DNA of 47,412 bases from positions 1 through 47,412 of the forward strand of contig JANOTL010000016.1 of the NCBI GenBank assembly GCA_031416315.1, in the 5' to 3' direction. Positions 45,351-47,412 of the stretch are shown here, piece after piece. How positions within the stretch are numbered: position 1 is the first letter of the stretch; each line of letters starts with the position of its first letter. The DNA is from Pseudomonadota bacterium. Lineage in GTDB: Bacteria; Bdellovibrionota_B; Oligoflexia; Oligoflexales; CAIYRB01. The notes below the pieces were generated by a model. The model was given only the letters and a program-made list of their open reading frames with translations, had not been told where the DNA came from and ran no database searches. The position numbers were made by a program, and so were the translations under genes.

Positions 45351-45370
45351 CTTCGCGTTTCTACCCCGGA

Positions 45371-46351
45371 CTAAGCGAACTCAGGCGCCGACGCCGGGGA
45401 ATCCCGGGGTGAGCGCGCCGCCGCCGGGACCGTCGCCGCCTCGAGGACGAAGCGCAAGAGCACGATCCAGACGGCGTCCGCCATGAGGAGATGGACGATT
45501 TGCAGCCAGGTCGGGGCGAGGAGGACGAGGTTCAGGGTGCCGAGGGCGACCTGGGTGAGGACGACCCAGGCGACCCAGCCCGCGGCGTCGCGTACTTGGG
45601 GCTCGCGGCTGCGGGCGCGGATGCCGAAAACCAAGACCAGGAGGTAGAGCGCCGTGAGGATGGCGAGCATCGGATGCCAGATGCGCAGCTTGATCAGCGC
45701 ATGCGCCGTCGGCGAGAAGTCCTGGCGGAAGCCCTCGGCGAGCGAGCTGACGCGGAAGAGCGTGTCGCCGAGCGCAACGATCGCGCCGGAGGCGCCGACG
45801 GCGAGGAAAAGGGCCAAGCCCAAAAGGAGGCCGCCGGCGAGGGCCGGCTTTGCGGCGAAACGGCGCTCCGGCTCGCCTCGAGCCAGCTTCTGGGCGGCCC
45901 AAGAGGTGTAGCTCAGGGCGCCGAGTAAAAGGAAGGTGTTTACGAGGTGGCCGGCCATGGCGACGGCGCGCATCGTGGAGTCGTCTTTCGCGACCAGCTC
46001 GAGGAGGACGAGGCCGGCGCCGATCCCGGCCTCGATGACGAGGAAGATGGCGGAGAGGACGGCGCCGAGACGCGGGGCGGCGCCTTTCGGGAAGAGGCGG
46101 AAGGCCTGCCAGACGAGCGCGCCGACGAGGAAGAGCGAGAGGCCGCTGGTGACGCGATGCGTGAGCTCGATGACCGTCGCGAGCGAGGGCGCGCGCGGGA
46201 TGACTTCGCCGTTGCACAGGGGCCAGTGGTCGCCGCAGCCAGCGCCGGAGCCGGTGGCGCGGACGAAGGCGCCCCAGAGGATCACGAAGATGATGTAGGC
46301 GAGCGAGATGCGGGCCAGGAGGAGGAAGCGGTGGAGCTTTTGCGTCTGCAT
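45371..46351 (-). CDS. ctaA: Heme A synthase, COX15/CtaA family
   Basis: GAFVRATGSGAGC..WPLC, ELTHR, conserved His in TM helices, about 8 TMs. Confidence 0.88.
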   Translation of the reverse strand: MQTQKLHRFLLLARISLAYIIFVILWGAFVRATGSGAGCGDHWPLCNGEVIPRAPSLATVIELTHRVTSGLSLFLVGALVWQAFRLFPKGAAPRLGAVLSAIFLVIEAGIGAGLVLLELVAKDDSTMRAVAMAGHLVNTFLLLGALSYTSWAAQKLARGEPERRFAAKPALAGGLLLGLALFLAVGASGAIVALGDTLFRVSSLAEGFRQDFSPTAHALIKLRIWHPMLAILTALYLLVLVFGIRARSREPQVRDAAGWVAWVVLTQVALGTLNLVLLAPTWLQIVHLLMADAVWIVLLRFVLEAATVPAAARSPRDSPASAPEFA

Positions 46352-46626
46352 GGCGGGAAATTGGCTTAGCTGGAGAGTGGGGACAAGGTGGATTCGGGTT
46401 ATTTAGGGGATTCGGGGGGTTACCTGGGCGAGTGTCCGCGGTCGCCATGGTCCGGGACCTGCGCTACTCTAGGCGAAATCTGCCACGGCGCCCGCAATGA
46501 GCTGGGGTCTCCTGGCCGGGATGCTGGCCGAGGCCGGCTTTCAAAACGTGGAGCCGATCCTTGCGCGGCACGGCTATACGACGGTGGTCGCTACCAAAGC
46601 CGGGTAGCATCACCGGCCTTCCGGCG

Positions 46627-47412
46627 ATGCTCCTCTCCTGCTTCCTCTTCTCTGGCATGGGCACCCTCGTCTACCGGGCGCAGCTGGCGGAGCCGGAGGC
46701 GTCGACCTTGGTCGGCAGCTTCGTACGCATCGTCTTCAACCTGCTCTTCCTCCTCGTATGGGCGCGGCTCGCCGGGAATTTTCGCGAGCTCTTCGGCGAC
46801 CGCCGGCCCTCGCTCTGGTTGCGCGGAATGTTCGGCACGTTGGCGTTGACGACGTCCTTCCTGTCGATCCGCGCCATCGGGCTCGGCGAAGCCTCGTTCC
46901 TGCACGCCTCCAACGCGGTGTTCGTCGCCCTCCTCGCGCCCTGGTTCCTGCGCCAGCGCTCGTCGCCGCAAGTTTGGCTCGCGATCTTTGGCGCCGCCTT
47001 CGGGCTTTACCTGCTTTTCGAGCCGCGGCTAGGCGATGCGGCGCCTTGGGGTCGGGCGCTGGCGCTCGTCTCCGGGCTGGCTTCCGCCTTAGCGTACATG
47101 ATGATCGCGCGCGCCGGGCGCAGCAATTTGCCGGAAAGCGTCGTGTTCTACTTCTGCATCGTGTGCGTCACGACCCATTTGTTGCTGTTCGCGCTGCTCG
47201 GCGTGACCTGGCCGAAGGCGCCTTTGACCTGGGCGATGCTCGCCGTGGCAGGACTCTTGGGGTCCTTCGGCCAGATCTACCTGACGAAGGCGTATCAGAC
47301 GGCGCCGGCAGCGTTGAACGGCGCGGTCGCCTACCTCCAGCCGGTCCTGAATCTCGGGATCGCCGTCCTGTTCTTCGCCAAGCATCCGGATGCGAAGGCT
47401 TGGCTGGGCGCG
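46627..47412 (+). CDS. DMT/EamA family transporter (partial, runs off the window end)
   Basis: Read by hand: MLLSCFLFSGMG...LWLRGMFG...LGEASFL...GQIYLTKAYQ...YLQPV, multiple TMs. Possible upstream TTG start at 46561. Confidence 0.85.
   Translation, partial: MLLSCFLFSGMGTLVYRAQLAEPEASTLVGSFVRIVFNLLFLLVWARLAGNFRELFGDRRPSLWLRGMFGTLALTTSFLSIRAIGLGEASFLHASNAVFVALLAPWFLRQRSSPQVWLAIFGAAFGLYLLFEPRLGDAAPWGRALALVSGLASALAYMMIARAGRSNLPESVVFYFCIVCVTTHLLLFALLGVTWPKAPLTWAMLAVAGLLGSFGQIYLTKAYQTAPAALNGAVAYLQPVLNLGIAVLFFAKHPDAKAWLGA

Overview
High-GC bacterial chromosomal region, about 38 CDSs. The TIGR02147 gene, many lipoproteins and many secreted proteases suggest a Bdellovibrionota/Oligoflexia- or Myxococcota-like organism (inference). 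In order: a partial exported protein, an orphan fliG, a zrgABCD-like metal-uptake operon with a HAD hydrolase, and a lower-GC divergent metzincin/TIGR02147 pair. Next is an arginine operon (argR-argG-[DUF1611/BioD-like P-loop gene]-argC-argD-argF'-argB-argH), then a five-gene exported heme-c/Tat cluster, tldD/tldE and a sigma54-preceded conserved hypothetical. A second run of exported/heme-c lipoproteins follows, then M3, S8 and S1 peptidases, a VWA pseudogene, a stand-alone condensation-domain acyltransferase with YkgJ, DUF6929, ctaA and a partial EamA transporter. No rRNA, tRNA, CRISPR array or transposase was seen. Best novelty candidate: the arg operon has no argA, argJ or argE, its ArgF' carries N-succinylornithine-type residues, and it embeds an uncharacterised P-loop protein that could be a new glutamate N-acylating (possibly succinylating) first-step enzyme. 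Second candidate: the uncharacterised heme-c/Tat envelope cluster at 16057-22234. All family calls come from motif recognition by eye; no database searches were run.
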